DNA from: Paramoeba atlantica
Taxonomy: Eukaryota > Protista > Discosea
Reading direction: 5' to 3'
DNA: 64,000 nt
Assembly: GCA_977017575.1 (NCBI GenBank)
Contig: CDRNVI010000080.1
Span: forward strand, 62,001-126,000
The notes under the pieces are model-generated. The model had not been told where the DNA came from, searched no databases, and saw only the letters and a program-made list of their open reading frames with translations. Numbering within the stretch: the stretch's first letter is position 1; each line of letters begins with the position of its first letter. The position numbers were made by a program, and so were the translations under genes. Shown piece after piece: positions 33,738 to 44,906 of the stretch.

Positions 33738-35696
33738 ATGCACGGAGGCAGATGTCCTTCGCTTCATTTTCTCACGAACTCAAATTTCTTCTCTGTGCGT
33801 AGGCAATCGTTCTCCACCCGACGCACCGCTTTTCTCTCCTCTACCCCATTGCTACGCCACAAGCACGACACTGCTATCCCCTGCTTACACACCCCAGAGG
33901 ACTCATCCGCTCGTGCGTCGTTTCCCACACAGTTGGACGACCTTCCCGATGACGGTCAGAGCTCGACGGGCACACCCACCGCTTCGTACCCCCGGCGCGA
34001 GACGCCCATCCCCTCTTTTTCCTCCTCCTTTTCTTTTCCCAGTAGTACCGAACCTGTCCGTGACCGTGACGTCGGGGCCCAATGGGGTGGACGTCTCTCA
34101 GAACACCAGCGTCGGAATTCCCCAACCCATCCTGACGAGACCCACGCATGGGCTCAGCGCAACCAGCAGTTCACCCGTGCCACCCGTGCCGTGTTTGTCA
34201 CCATAACCTCCCACCTCCCCCCACAGGAGAAAGTCCTCCGTCTCGCGGAGCTCTTCCGTGACGTCACCGCCAATGCCCTACAACTCCGTCCCCCCACCTA
34301 TGAGGACATGTTCGAACTCATGCTCTCCACCCCCTACCACCGCGGCACCCCCTTCCCCCACACCGAGCTCATGTTCCGCATGTACCACCACATGAAGGCC
34401 GGGTTCGCCTCCCCCACGGCCAAGCTCCTCGAGTACCTCATGTGTGCCCTCGGGCGCACCCGGGTCGCGGACCCCCGGGCGGAGGCCCGCGCCCACCGCC
34501 TCATGCTCGACGCCGACCGCCACGCCCTCACCCCCACCCGCTACACCTACACCCACTACTTCGACCTCTGCGGCCTCAACGGCGCGACCCACGTAGCGCT
34601 CGCCCGCTTCGTCGACGCGCGGCACCGGCTCGGGGTGCAGCCCGACGAGGGGATGTGCACCACGCTGATCCGCGCCCTCGTGCGCAACGGGCACACCGAG
34701 GAGGCGGTGGGGTTCATTGCCCGGATGTACGCCGTCCCGGTGGACGTGTTTCTCATGGACGCGATCCTGGAGGCGTTCGCGAGGAGCGCGGACCCGTTGG
34801 CCGCGTTTAGTGCCTACCGTGGGCTGCTGGGGAGTGGGGTTACCCCGTGCCCGTACACGTTCTGGTACCTGTTGATGGCGTGTGAGAAGAGTGGGCATTG
34901 GGAGGAGACCCCGTTCGTGTTGCAGGAGATGCATAAGCTTCATGTGAAGGGGAATCCCGGGACGTTGAATTTGCTGTTGAAGGGGTTTATTTTGCTAAAG
35001 AAGGAGTCCGTGGCCCGGCGGCTGTATCAAACCATGAAACGGCGTAAGGTGGAGGTGTGGGAGGGGATTCAAAAAGCCCTACCGGCGGGCTGGGACCAGG
35101 AGGCGCGGGAAAAGGTTGAGGTCTCCGAGCAGCGCATACAAGACCAGGCGGAGCGCAAACAAAAGGCGCAGGCCGATATGGAAGCTTTGATGCAGTATAA
35201 AGCGGAGAAATTAGCATCTCGGCGATCTGCTTCTGGTAGTGAAGCTGATGGCAAGCCCGCGTCATCGGACTCCGCAATATCGGTAAAAGATCCCTCCACA
35301 CCACGGGTTGTACGTCCTCCTCGATCTGGAAAACTAATTCCGATGGATAGAGATCATTTGGAAATGTTCGCCCGTCATCGACGACTGTCCTGGGTGTCCA
35401 TTCGTTACCTGGAAAAATTTGTTCGTGATCGGGAGAAGGAGAAGCAACGTGAGGATCTTAAGACGGTAGGAAGTGATAGGCGACCTCCACGGCGGATGTC
35501 AGCAAGACAAATCAAGGCAAGCGTTTATCGTTTCTTTGGTGTACGGCCGGTGGAGAGGGATGAAGAAGGTACCGAGGATGCCAACACACATGATAAGTCT
35601 CTGAAAAGGAATAATGAAGAGAAAACGCCGTTTTATGGCACAAGAGGAGGATCCAGACCAAGAAGATTATCGCGCACAAAAGTGTCGAGAAGGTAA
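33738..35696 (+). CDS. Pentatricopeptide-repeat protein (probably mitochondrial)
   Basis: PPR-like units, e.g. PDEGMCTTLIRALVRNGHTEEA and PCPYTFWYLLMACEKSGHWEE; Arg/Ser-rich N-terminus. Confidence 0.8.
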   Translation: MHGGRCPSLHFLTNSNFFSVRRQSFSTRRTAFLSSTPLLRHKHDTAIPCLHTPEDSSARASFPTQLDDLPDDGQSSTGTPTASYPRRETPIPSFSSSFSFPSSTEPVRDRDVGAQWGGRLSEHQRRNSPTHPDETHAWAQRNQQFTRATRAVFVTITSHLPPQEKVLRLAELFRDVTANALQLRPPTYEDMFELMLSTPYHRGTPFPHTELMFRMYHHMKAGFASPTAKLLEYLMCALGRTRVADPRAEARAHRLMLDADRHALTPTRYTYTHYFDLCGLNGATHVALARFVDARHRLGVQPDEGMCTTLIRALVRNGHTEEAVGFIARMYAVPVDVFLMDAILEAFARSADPLAAFSAYRGLLGSGVTPCPYTFWYLLMACEKSGHWEETPFVLQEMHKLHVKGNPGTLNLLLKGFILLKKESVARRLYQTMKRRKVEVWEGIQKALPAGWDQEAREKVEVSEQRIQDQAERKQKAQADMEALMQYKAEKLASRRSASGSEADGKPASSDSAISVKDPSTPRVVRPPRSGKLIPMDRDHLEMFARHRRLSWVSIRYLEKFVRDREKEKQREDLKTVGSDRRPPRRMSARQIKASVYRFFGVRPVERDEEGTEDANTHDKSLKRNNEEKTPFYGTRGGSRPRRLSRTKVSRR

Positions 35697-35881
35697 TATA
35701 CAGGTAGATAGGCAAGAATCCTATGAAGTGCTTCAACTTGGGATTTATGTTTTATACTTGTAGTAGTTACAAATAAATAGCATCAATCAAACAGGCCCAT
35801 CTCTATTTTGACGTTTTTTTCTTAATCGTAGGAATTTTTCTTTAGAATCGCACTTTTTGGATAACTCACTATCTGTAAAAC

Positions 35882-36646
35882 ATGTACTTACTTTTTCTCC
35901 ACACCAAAGATTCCGAGGATCGGCGACTTAAAACAGGATCTAACACAGTTTCTTCGGGTAGAAGAGGTAAAATTCGAGGTAACACTCTCCCCGTGGAGGT
36001 CGCTTTAGAACTCTTTTTGCGTAACGTCACAGGGCAGCCCGCGTCGTGGAATGCGGCCAATCCGATCGCAAGCTGGTATAAGGCCGAAATGCGCACGCAA
36101 GACAAACTGGAACTACAGTTTGGTTCGATATCTCTTCGTGGTAAGCTGAACTGGGCATCGCTTCCTTCCATTACTTCCGTTCTTCTGATACATGACAACC
36201 AGCTCGAGGGTTCATTCCTTTGCAATGAGTTGCCCAGTGGGCTTCAGGTAATATGGGCTAACGGCAACAAATTTTCTGGACCGTTAGATATAGAAAATTT
36301 GCCCGTTGCCATGGCCGTGTGCTATTTCGGGAACAATAAATTTATAGGAGAGCTCAACCTCCGTAATCTGCCTCCCAGGCTACGTGAGCTACATCTGGAA
36401 TTTAACTCGTTTGAGGGAAACATTGATCTTTCTACTCTTCCCGGGCTTTTGCAAAGGATTGATTTGAGTTGGAACAAACTGAGCGGAGAACTTGATGTGA
36501 GCCATCTAACGGATGCCATGCTGCACTTGAATGTATATAACAACGCGTTTCAGGGGGTGATACCCGACCCGCCTCCTAAATGCGTTCAGTTACATAAGAA
36601 ATTCCAAGTTCCCAATATTCCTTTTGTAATGAGAGACCAATTGTGA
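35882..36646 (+). CDS. Leucine-rich repeat protein (paralogue 2)
   Basis: GKIRG motif, LPxxLxxxxLxxNxFxG repeats. Confidence 0.9.
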   Translation: MYLLFLHTKDSEDRRLKTGSNTVSSGRRGKIRGNTLPVEVALELFLRNVTGQPASWNAANPIASWYKAEMRTQDKLELQFGSISLRGKLNWASLPSITSVLLIHDNQLEGSFLCNELPSGLQVIWANGNKFSGPLDIENLPVAMAVCYFGNNKFIGELNLRNLPPRLRELHLEFNSFEGNIDLSTLPGLLQRIDLSWNKLSGELDVSHLTDAMLHLNVYNNAFQGVIPDPPPKCVQLHKKFQVPNIPFVMRDQL

Positions 36647-36829
36647 CAAAAAACAGGAAATAGATTATTGTTTGCTACACCCCTCCTATGGACAGTTGAA
36701 AACCTTTGGTCTCAAAGTTCGGCAAAGATTTTTTTTAAAATAATGACATGGAAATATTACATAAAAACGCTGATAAAACTTATTGATTGCGTAGAAACGC
36801 TGACATTTTGCCACTATTCTGCCTCCAAC

Positions 36830-38722
36830 ATGATCGATGAGGTATCCGTTGTCTCGTTCGGCGGGTGTGTGTTGTGGCGACACACATCTCGACCTATACA
36901 GGGTAATCCAGTGAATCAGTTTGTCAAGAACATACTGCTGGAGGAGCGCATTGGAGAGGGGCGTGTCGGATATCTTTCTGGGGAGTACCGAGTGCAGTAC
37001 CAAATGGGGAACGAGGAAGAAGTCTTCTTTGTCGCACTAACCCGTAAGGCTGTGCCACTGTGTGCCTACGACTTACTGTCGTCTCTGCGGAAGTTATTTT
37101 TAAGGGGGTACCGGTGTTCCTCCTCTACTTGTCCACCTCTACTGAGTGTTTCTCCTTCGCTGGGTGAGTCTCTGCGGCGAGAGCTGGATGCTTTCCAGCC
37201 AGAACTGCACAGCGACACGAACATATTTTCCGTAGACCAAGAAGAAACCCTCACGACTGCCGAAGTCCCCATAGTAGAAGCAGCGACTCAAGACCTGGAA
37301 GATAGTCCGGAAACGGAGGCCGCGTTTCCCTCAACTGGGGGAGGTATCTCCGGAGGGAACTCCCTTCCTGCCGAAAATACAGAAGACACAGTTCCTCTCG
37401 ACTCTCCCCCGGCGGAAGGCCCCAAAAAGATCTCTCGCGTGTTAATCAGCCGACATGGTGTGCGAAAATCTAGCAAACCCCTCGTCCCTCCCCCCGCAAA
37501 CCCTTCCACAGTAATATCGGATGAAAAAGAGACTCCGGCGAAACCCGAGGGCCGGAAAGCAAAGCCTGGCACCGCAAAACCCAAGAAGCCACGACAGTGG
37601 GGAGATACCCAAGGCCGGGAAGAGGACTATGTGATTCACAACGAGAACAACACAATAAACTCTCCGCCCCCCAACACTGTCAGCCAACTTTTACAACGGG
37701 ACCCCCAAGGAGAGGTCGCCCCGGTGGAGTTAGAGAAGTGGGACACGCTAGAAAAGAATAAAACAAACGACACGGGCGGGGTCTTCGGCTTTCTTCGCCG
37801 AGCTCTCGGAGGGGAACGTTCTCTCGGGGAGGCAGAGATCGACACCGTCCTCCCACTCCTGCGGGATAAACTCATCTCCAAAAACGTCGCCGTGGAGGTC
37901 GCGGATCGGCTCACCGCCTCCGTCTCCAAAAGTCTCGAGGGCCGACGCGTGACTCACTTCCACAGCCTCTCCGAGGTGGTCGAGCGCGAGCTTAAAGAGG
38001 CGCTGCGACGTGTACTCACCCCGAAGAAAGAGATTAACCTGATACGGGACATCGCACGATCCCGTGAGTCTGTTTCCTCTTCCTCCTCCCCCCGTCCCTA
38101 TGTCGTGTGCCTGTGTGGGGTGAACGGGGTAGGGAAGTCCACCTCCCTTGCCAAGCTCGCGTTTCTCCTCACCCAGCACGGGTTTAAAGTACTCGTCGCG
38201 GCGTGTGACACTTTCCGAGGCGGGGCTGTGGAGCAGCTCGAGGTCCACTGCCGGGCTCTGGGCCTTCCCTTGCATACGCTCGGGTACGGCAAGGATGCCT
38301 CCCAGGTCGCGTCCTCGGCGATTACTCGTGCCACCCGGGAAGGGGTGGATGTCGTGTTGATCGACACCGCGGGGCGCATGCAGGACCATGAGGCACGGAT
38401 GAGTGCCCTGGCGCGTCTGATTCACGCCAACGCCCCCGATCTTACGCTATTCGTCGGGGAAGCACTGGTGGGGAATGACGGGGCTCACCAGCTGCAACAG
38501 TTTAACGACTGTTTTGTGCGGCACACCCCGCCTGGGGCTCGGGTTCGAGGGGTGGATGCGATTGTCCTCACAAAGTTTGACACGATTGATGATAAGGTGG
38601 GGGCCGCGTTGTCAATGGTGTACCAGTGTGGACAGCCGATTGCGTTTGTAGGGGTGGGACAGACGTACCAGGATTTGAAGAAACTGTCCCCGGAGGTGGT
38701 GGTACACTGTTTGTTGGATTAA
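36830..38722 (+). CDS. SRPRA: Signal recognition particle receptor alpha subunit
   Basis: N-terminal SRX-like MIDEVSVVSFGG; GVNGVGKST, DTFRGGA, DTAGR, TKFD, GVGQTY. Confidence 0.95.
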   Translation: MIDEVSVVSFGGCVLWRHTSRPIQGNPVNQFVKNILLEERIGEGRVGYLSGEYRVQYQMGNEEEVFFVALTRKAVPLCAYDLLSSLRKLFLRGYRCSSSTCPPLLSVSPSLGESLRRELDAFQPELHSDTNIFSVDQEETLTTAEVPIVEAATQDLEDSPETEAAFPSTGGGISGGNSLPAENTEDTVPLDSPPAEGPKKISRVLISRHGVRKSSKPLVPPPANPSTVISDEKETPAKPEGRKAKPGTAKPKKPRQWGDTQGREEDYVIHNENNTINSPPPNTVSQLLQRDPQGEVAPVELEKWDTLEKNKTNDTGGVFGFLRRALGGERSLGEAEIDTVLPLLRDKLISKNVAVEVADRLTASVSKSLEGRRVTHFHSLSEVVERELKEALRRVLTPKKEINLIRDIARSRESVSSSSSPRPYVVCLCGVNGVGKSTSLAKLAFLLTQHGFKVLVAACDTFRGGAVEQLEVHCRALGLPLHTLGYGKDASQVASSAITRATREGVDVVLIDTAGRMQDHEARMSALARLIHANAPDLTLFVGEALVGNDGAHQLQQFNDCFVRHTPPGARVRGVDAIVLTKFDTIDDKVGAALSMVYQCGQPIAFVGVGQTYQDLKKLSPEVVVHCLLD

Positions 38723-38916
38723 AGTAAAGGAGTGAATATTTGACGGAGAAAAAAATGTGAATAGGGAGTGACAAATAAGTATTCTAACAAAATATCGTAC
38801 TGCAATGGAAGAGTACGATAGAAACTTGATAAAGGGGATTTTAACCAGAAAAATGAATAATATCCTTTGATTTTGTGTTCTTCTCTATTGCTTTTACGTC
38901 ATAGTCTTCTCTATAA

Positions 38917-39336
38917 ATGTACGCAAAGCCTGTTACTGGACCCTATATCTCCGGGGCAAACGCCGCTCCGGCCCAACCCACAGCACGGAATGATATGGGG
39001 GGGTGTATCCCCCGCATCACGCTAAACATGCTGCCTGATTTCTGTAACCAAACCGTCACGTTCTTCGGCCGTGCCACAGGAGTAGACCACGAGAACTGGA
39101 AAGTTCACACGGAGTGCCCACTTTCCAGCGAGACGCTCGTTCTCTCTGTGGAACAGGGTGACCCAGAGAAGTTGAAGTTCTCGGTGAACAACCAGTTTCT
39201 GCTAAAAGTCGGGAAGACACCTCAGGAGGTATCACTACTGGGCCACGTCTCCCTCACCGATAACTTTGATTTTGAAAGTTACAAGGGACTGATGCAACAC
39301 ATGTGGGGACACACGGCGAATTTGTTTCACTCATAA
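38917..39336 (+). CDS. RPA3: Replication protein A 14-kDa subunit-like OB-fold protein
   Basis: PRITLNMLPDFCNQTVTFFGR...NFDFESY..LF pattern and size. Confidence 0.7.
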   Translation: MYAKPVTGPYISGANAAPAQPTARNDMGGCIPRITLNMLPDFCNQTVTFFGRATGVDHENWKVHTECPLSSETLVLSVEQGDPEKLKFSVNNQFLLKVGKTPQEVSLLGHVSLTDNFDFESYKGLMQHMWGHTANLFHS

Positions 39337-39692
39337 GTTTCTGATCATTATGTACTAGGGTTTGTAGCGATGCTTTCACACACATATTGTAAATCACGTA
39401 CGCTACTGTGGTGTACTGTATATTCAATCAAAGATACGTATTCAGTAAATTAATTGGGGTGAAAGGGCACATTTCGAAAGCTGTGCTTTAAAATTCTGGC
39501 CGTCATCAAATGAGAGTCTTCTCGTGGATACTTAAAAATAGGCTTGTATATTCGTATTTATGTCTACTCAGCATTTTTTTTACATCACGACGTCATGGTT
39601 TGTGCTTGTTTGTACTGAAACTTTCTAGTCGGAAATATTTCCTTTTCTCACCCGCATGCTACCTTTTCTTTGCTAAACTTCCAACTTTTCCC

Positions 39693-40529
39693 ATGTCTCA
39701 TCCGGTTGCGATTGTCACAGGTGCCAACAAAGGCATAGGGTATTACATTGCACGAAATCTTGCTCGCAAGGGTTTCAAAATTGTTCTGGGGTGTCGATCA
39801 CTGCCCAATGCTCAGGCCGCGCGAGATCAACTCCTGCATGAGACACCCAACGCAGAGATAGAGTGTTTACCGGTAGATATTTCCAGCGAGAAAAGTGTGC
39901 GGGAGGCAGCCCACTTGTTCGAAGCTATGCAAAAAAGGACCTACCCTGCTCGTGATTTTCGTGTTCTCGTCAACAACGCGGGATTCGCCTATAAAACCGA
40001 CTCCGCGGAGCCTTTTGCGACGCAGGCGAAAGTCACGGTAGACATCAATTTCTTTGGTACCCTACACATGTGTACGTATTTCACCCCACTGCTATCTACA
40101 GAGGGGGATGTACGCGTGGTGAATGTATCCAGTCGTATCGGTCGACTCCGTCAACTCACCAGCTCTTCTCTACGCTCCCAAATGGACTCTCCCGATCTCT
40201 CCCTAGAGGCACTGAAAACGCTCATGGGTCAGTTTCAGTCCCTCGCACAGACCAACGACCACGCAGCCCAGGGTTGGTCCCAGTCCGCTTATGGTGTGAG
40301 TAAATTAGGGGTGAATGCCCTCACACGGGTCCTGGCGCGAAACCAAGCCTCTCACATCCACTACACCTGTTGCTGCCCCGGATGGTGTCGCACCGATATG
40401 GCGGGGTGGGAAAATCCCCCGAAAAGTGCAGAGGAGGGAGCGGAGACTCCCACGTGGCTTGCTACCGCCCCGAGCGGCGACATAGGGAATGGAGCGTTCT
40501 ACGGGGAGAAGGTCAAGCTACGGTTTTAA
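39693..40529 (+). CDS. Short-chain dehydrogenase/reductase, carbonyl reductase (CBR1)-like
   Basis: TGANKGIG, NNAG, NVSS, YGVSK, CCPGWCRTDMAG. Confidence 0.92.
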   Translation: MSHPVAIVTGANKGIGYYIARNLARKGFKIVLGCRSLPNAQAARDQLLHETPNAEIECLPVDISSEKSVREAAHLFEAMQKRTYPARDFRVLVNNAGFAYKTDSAEPFATQAKVTVDINFFGTLHMCTYFTPLLSTEGDVRVVNVSSRIGRLRQLTSSSLRSQMDSPDLSLEALKTLMGQFQSLAQTNDHAAQGWSQSAYGVSKLGVNALTRVLARNQASHIHYTCCCPGWCRTDMAGWENPPKSAEEGAETPTWLATAPSGDIGNGAFYGEKVKLRF

Positions 40530-41420
40530 TGGTAACGCATTTCTTTTCTCATGGGTAAATTCTTGTCCGCACATGTAAATATTCTGCTGTTTAATTCAAA
40601 GAACGATCAAGATGTATACATGGATATTGCGGTGGTTGTAAAACTACCGCTCTACCCTCGATTATTGAAAAAAAAGAGAACAAAAACAGTGAAAATATAA
40701 AGGGGAACACAGTAATATAATAGAAGAAAAAAATATAAAAGGGGGATCCGGTGGTCCAAAACTGAAAAAAAAAATTGAAAAAAATAAGGGGCCAGGGGGG
40801 GGGTCCAGGGGGATCATGGTCGAGCAAATTTTTTCGAAAAAATTAGTTTTCAAAAAAAACCCGCAGAAAGGGTAGCCGGGGTCTTGGCGCGCATTTTCCA
40901 CCCCCTACCCGGGGGTGACCCCCCCGCGTATCCGCAGGACGGGTCCGCCAAGTTCGGATTTTTTCGGAAAAAAAATTTTGAAAAAAAATTCAACGTACCT
41001 ATAACTAGTATCTGGCACTATCCGAGTATATCCGTAATTAAATACGATCGTAATTAAATACAACTGTATATCAGGGAAAACTGTCGCAAAGTGTCTTAGA
41101 ATATCTTAGAATAATGCCGAATCACATTTTTGTTTTTTGTTAGAATGTTTTTTCAAAAATTTGGTTTTTACTAAAAAAGCCACCGACGTTATGTCTTGGG
41201 ACTGAATAACTGCTGCTCACAATTCTATGAGTTTGAATAGATACAATCATATGAGTCTGAATAAATTACGCGGTGTGTTGTCGAGTGGAGAGTTTGTACT
41301 TCCTATCGTCACTCCTTTCGCATGCGTTTCATTGCTATTTCCGAGGAGATGACACACTAGTTGATGATGTTTTTCGGCGGTGATGGAATCGCGGGGAAGA
41401 GGGAGGATGTTTCGATAGCT

Positions 41421-41618
41421 ATGTAACCCAGGATAAAGTGGACGAGGGAGGTTCTAAAAGCACCTTTAAACCACCACAAAAATGGAATGATATCTCCCGG
41501 TTTGTAAAGGATTCCGACGTGCCAAAAGAATCTTTAAGGGACATACCCTTCCATTTTTATGGTGGTTTGCCAAAGGTGCTTTTAGTATCTCCCTCGTCCA
41601 CTTTAGCTTGGGTTACAT
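41421..41618. mobile_element. ~200-bp MITE-like element with ~45-bp TIRs, present in all three X copies
   Basis: ATGTAACCCAGGATAAAGTGGACGAGGGAG ... CTCCCTCGTCCACTTTAGCTTGGGTTACAT. Confidence 0.75.
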
Positions 41619-42341
41619 TTTTTTCAGAATTTCTTGTCATATCATACGTATGTAAACGTGTAAGAACGCATGTAGAGGCGTGTGTATGTCCTTCACAAGC
41701 GGAGAGTGGTTGTAAAACTACCGGAGAGGTCCAGGGGGGGGGTCCAGGGGGGATCATGGTCGAGCAAATTTTTTCGAAAAAATTAGTTTTCGAAAAAAAC
41801 CCGCAGAAAGGGTAGCCGGGGTCTTGGCGCGCATTTTCCACCCCCCTACCCGGGGGTGACCCCCCCGCGTATCCGCAGGACGGGTCCGCCAAGTTCGGAT
41901 TTTTTCGGAAAAAAAATTTTGAAAAAAAATTCAACTTGGCGAAAAAAATGACAAAAAAAATATTTTTCCAAAATCGTTTCCCCTATTGTATTTTGTTAGT
42001 TTGGGACCTACACTAGCTTTCTCCGCAGTTGTTTTCGCAAGGTATCACTTCTTCTAACCGTGGTGCGCCCCTCAAAATGACCCATTTTTGACTAAAAAAG
42101 GTGAAAAAGTATTTTTCGGACCTAAAGGGGCATTTTTGTGTCGAAAGAATGGTATGGTTGGAGTCGCATTCTCTACCCAATACGTTCGGTAGGCTTCCAT
42201 TCATGCCTACGAGTGATTTCCCACGCGCGAATGTCGGATTTAGTGCTCTGAGAGTAAAAATACGCGAAAATCACCCCATTTTTACCCGAAATTCGGCTAT
42301 TTTTGGCTATAATCTTTCCGTTTTCCAGGCTAAATTTTCTT

Positions 42342-42446
42342 TTTTAGGCTCTTCGTTAAACGCGGCGGTAGTTTTCAACTCGAAGCGCGCAGCATGAGTG
42401 ACTTCTAAGTTGAAAACAACCACCGCGTTTAACGAAGAGCCTAAAA
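42342..42446. repeat. 105-bp palindrome P (copies at 44694, 52989, 55255, 63377; degenerate near 26180 and 58000)
   Basis: 39-nt arms TTTTAGGCTCTTCGTTAAACGCGG..GTTTTCAACT / AGTTGAAAAC..CCGCGTTTAACGAAGAGCCTAAAA. Confidence 0.92.
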
Positions 42447-44906
42447 TCTAATTACTAATTTAAGGATTTTTTTCGGCGAAAATAATCTTAATTGAATAAT
42501 ATCGCAATTAAATACTATCGCAATTGAATAATGTCGTAAATAAGTATTATCGTAAGTAAATTCTTAATTTTGTTTTTCCATTATTTTCAAGAACATGACA
42601 TGTTGTAGGTAAATTGTTTTGAACGAGTGCATTGAACGAGTAAAAACCGCAGAAAATTAATACGTGTATGTTATATCATCCCTGATGGATAAGAGACGTT
42701 ACTTCTATTCTTCCGATTCCATCGGATTATGACAACTTTTAAGCAGAACGCTCTTACAAGAACAGTCATCCGCTGAATTGACTCGGCTGCCCAAACCTCT
42801 CGATGTTCATCTTTGTCTTTCACCTCAACTGCCAATGCGACATCGATAGGAGTTGTCATTTTCAATCCCCGAAAAAATAAACTGAAAACTCAAAACAATT
42901 TAAGGATTCTTTTGGTGAAAATAATCTTAATTGAATAATACCGTAATTAAATATATCCGTAATTAAGTACGATCGTAATTAAATACAACACTGTACGCTT
43001 ATTTAATAAGCGTTTTAACACGTTTTCAGAGAAAACATAGAAAAAAGTGTCAAAAAAGTTGAGAGAAAGGAAAAAAAGCACACCTCCGAGTAAGGGAGAA
43101 TTTAGCCATTTTGACCCAAAATCCATTCTCTCACTGGGGGAGGGTCTACAGTACGTTAAAATATGCTGTATGCTAAGCAAGAGTTTTTAATTGATAGGAT
43201 GTCTAACGGATTCTTTCAGTCTGTAAAAACTTTGCCGCGTATTACCTTACACATATTTTAGAAACAGGATATCTGTGCTCATATTGTTTATTTGTATTTT
43301 TTGAAGTTATAGTGCTCAGTTTTACCTATAAGACTTAACTATAAGACTTAACTAGTATCTGGCACTATCCGAGTATATCCGTAATTAAATACGATCGTAA
43401 TTAAATACAACACTGTATATCAGGGAAAACTGTCGCAAAGTGTCTTAGAATATCTTAGAATAATGCCGAATCACATTTTTGTTTTTTGTTAGAATTTTTT
43501 TTTCAAAAATTTGGTTTTTTACTAAAAAAGCCACCGACGTTATGTCTTGGGACTGAATAACTGCTGCTCACAATTCTATGAGTTTGAATAGATACAATCA
43601 TATGAGTCTGAATAAATTACGCGGTGTGTTGTCGAGTGGAGAGTTTGTACTTCCTATCGTCACTCCTTTCGCATGCGTTTCATTGCTATTTCCGAGGAGA
43701 TGACACACTAGTTGATGATGTTTTTCGGCGGTGATGGAATCGCGGGGAAGAGGGAGGATGTTTCGATAGCTATGTAACCCAGGATAAAGTGGACGAGGGA
43801 GGTTCTAAAAGCACCTTTAAACCACCACAAAAATGGAATGATATCTCCCGGTTTGTAAAGGATTCCGACGTGCCAAAAGAATCTTTAAGGGACATACCCT
43901 TCCATTTTTATGGTGGTTTGCCAAAGGTGCTTTTAGTATCTCCCTCGTCCACTTTAGCTTGGGTTACATTTTTTTCAGAATTTCTTGTCATATCATACGT
44001 ATGTAAACGTGTAAGAACGCATGTAGAGGCGTGTGTATGTCCTTCACAAGCGGAGAGTGGTTGTAAAACTACCGGAGAGGTCCAGGGGGGGGGGTCCAGG
44101 GGGGATCATGGTCGAGCAAATTTTTTCGAAAAAATTAGTTTTCGAAAAAAACCCGCAGAAAGGGTAGCCGGGGTCTTGGCGCGCATTTTCCACCCCCCTA
44201 CCCGGGGGTGACCCCCCCGTGTATCCGCAGGACGGGTCCGCCAAGCTCGGATTTTTTCGGAAAAAAAATTTTGAAAAAAAATTCAACTTGGCGAAAAAAA
44301 TGACAAAAAAAATATTTTTCCAAAATCGTTTCCCCTATTGTATTTTGTTAGTTTGGGACCTACACTAGCTTTCTCCGCAGTTGCTTTCGCAAGGTATCAC
44401 TTCTTCGAACCGTGGTGCGCCCCTCAAAATGAACCATTTTTGACTAAAAAAGGTGGAAAAGTATTTTTCGGACCTAAAGGGGCATTTTTGTGTCGAAAGA
44501 ATGGTATGGTTGGAGTCGCATTCTCTACCCAATACGTTCGGTAGGCTTCCATTCATGCCTACGAGTGATTTCCCACGCGCAAATGTCGGATTTAGTGCTC
44601 TGAGAGCAAAAATACGCGAAAATCACCCCATTTTTACCCGAAATTCGGCTATTTTTGGCTATAATCTTTCCGTTTTCCAGGCTAAATTTTCTTTTTTGGG
44701 CTCTTCGTTAAACGCGGCGGTAGTTTTCAACTCGAAGCGCGCAGCATGAGTGACTTCTAAGTTGAAAACAACCACCGCGTTTAACGAAGAGCCTAAAAAA
44801 GAAATGCTACACGAGCCAATTTGTACAACCAAAAACTCTACTTATCCTTCCTTCAGATTTGAAAGCTTTCATTTTTCGAAATCTTTTTCACTGTTTATTC
44901 GGGTCA

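Larger units (their letters stand above)
40995..44798. repeat. ~1.45-kb direct repeat pair (40995-42446 and 43349-44798)
   Basis: Near-identical sequence, each copy ending in the 105-bp palindrome. Confidence 0.92.

Noticed and set aside
41438-41815. Repeated ORFs MDEGGSK (28184, 41438, 43789), MKMTTP (29919, 42671), MENARQD and similar
   Set aside because: Lie in MITE-like repeats, use non-ATG starts and change frame between copies.
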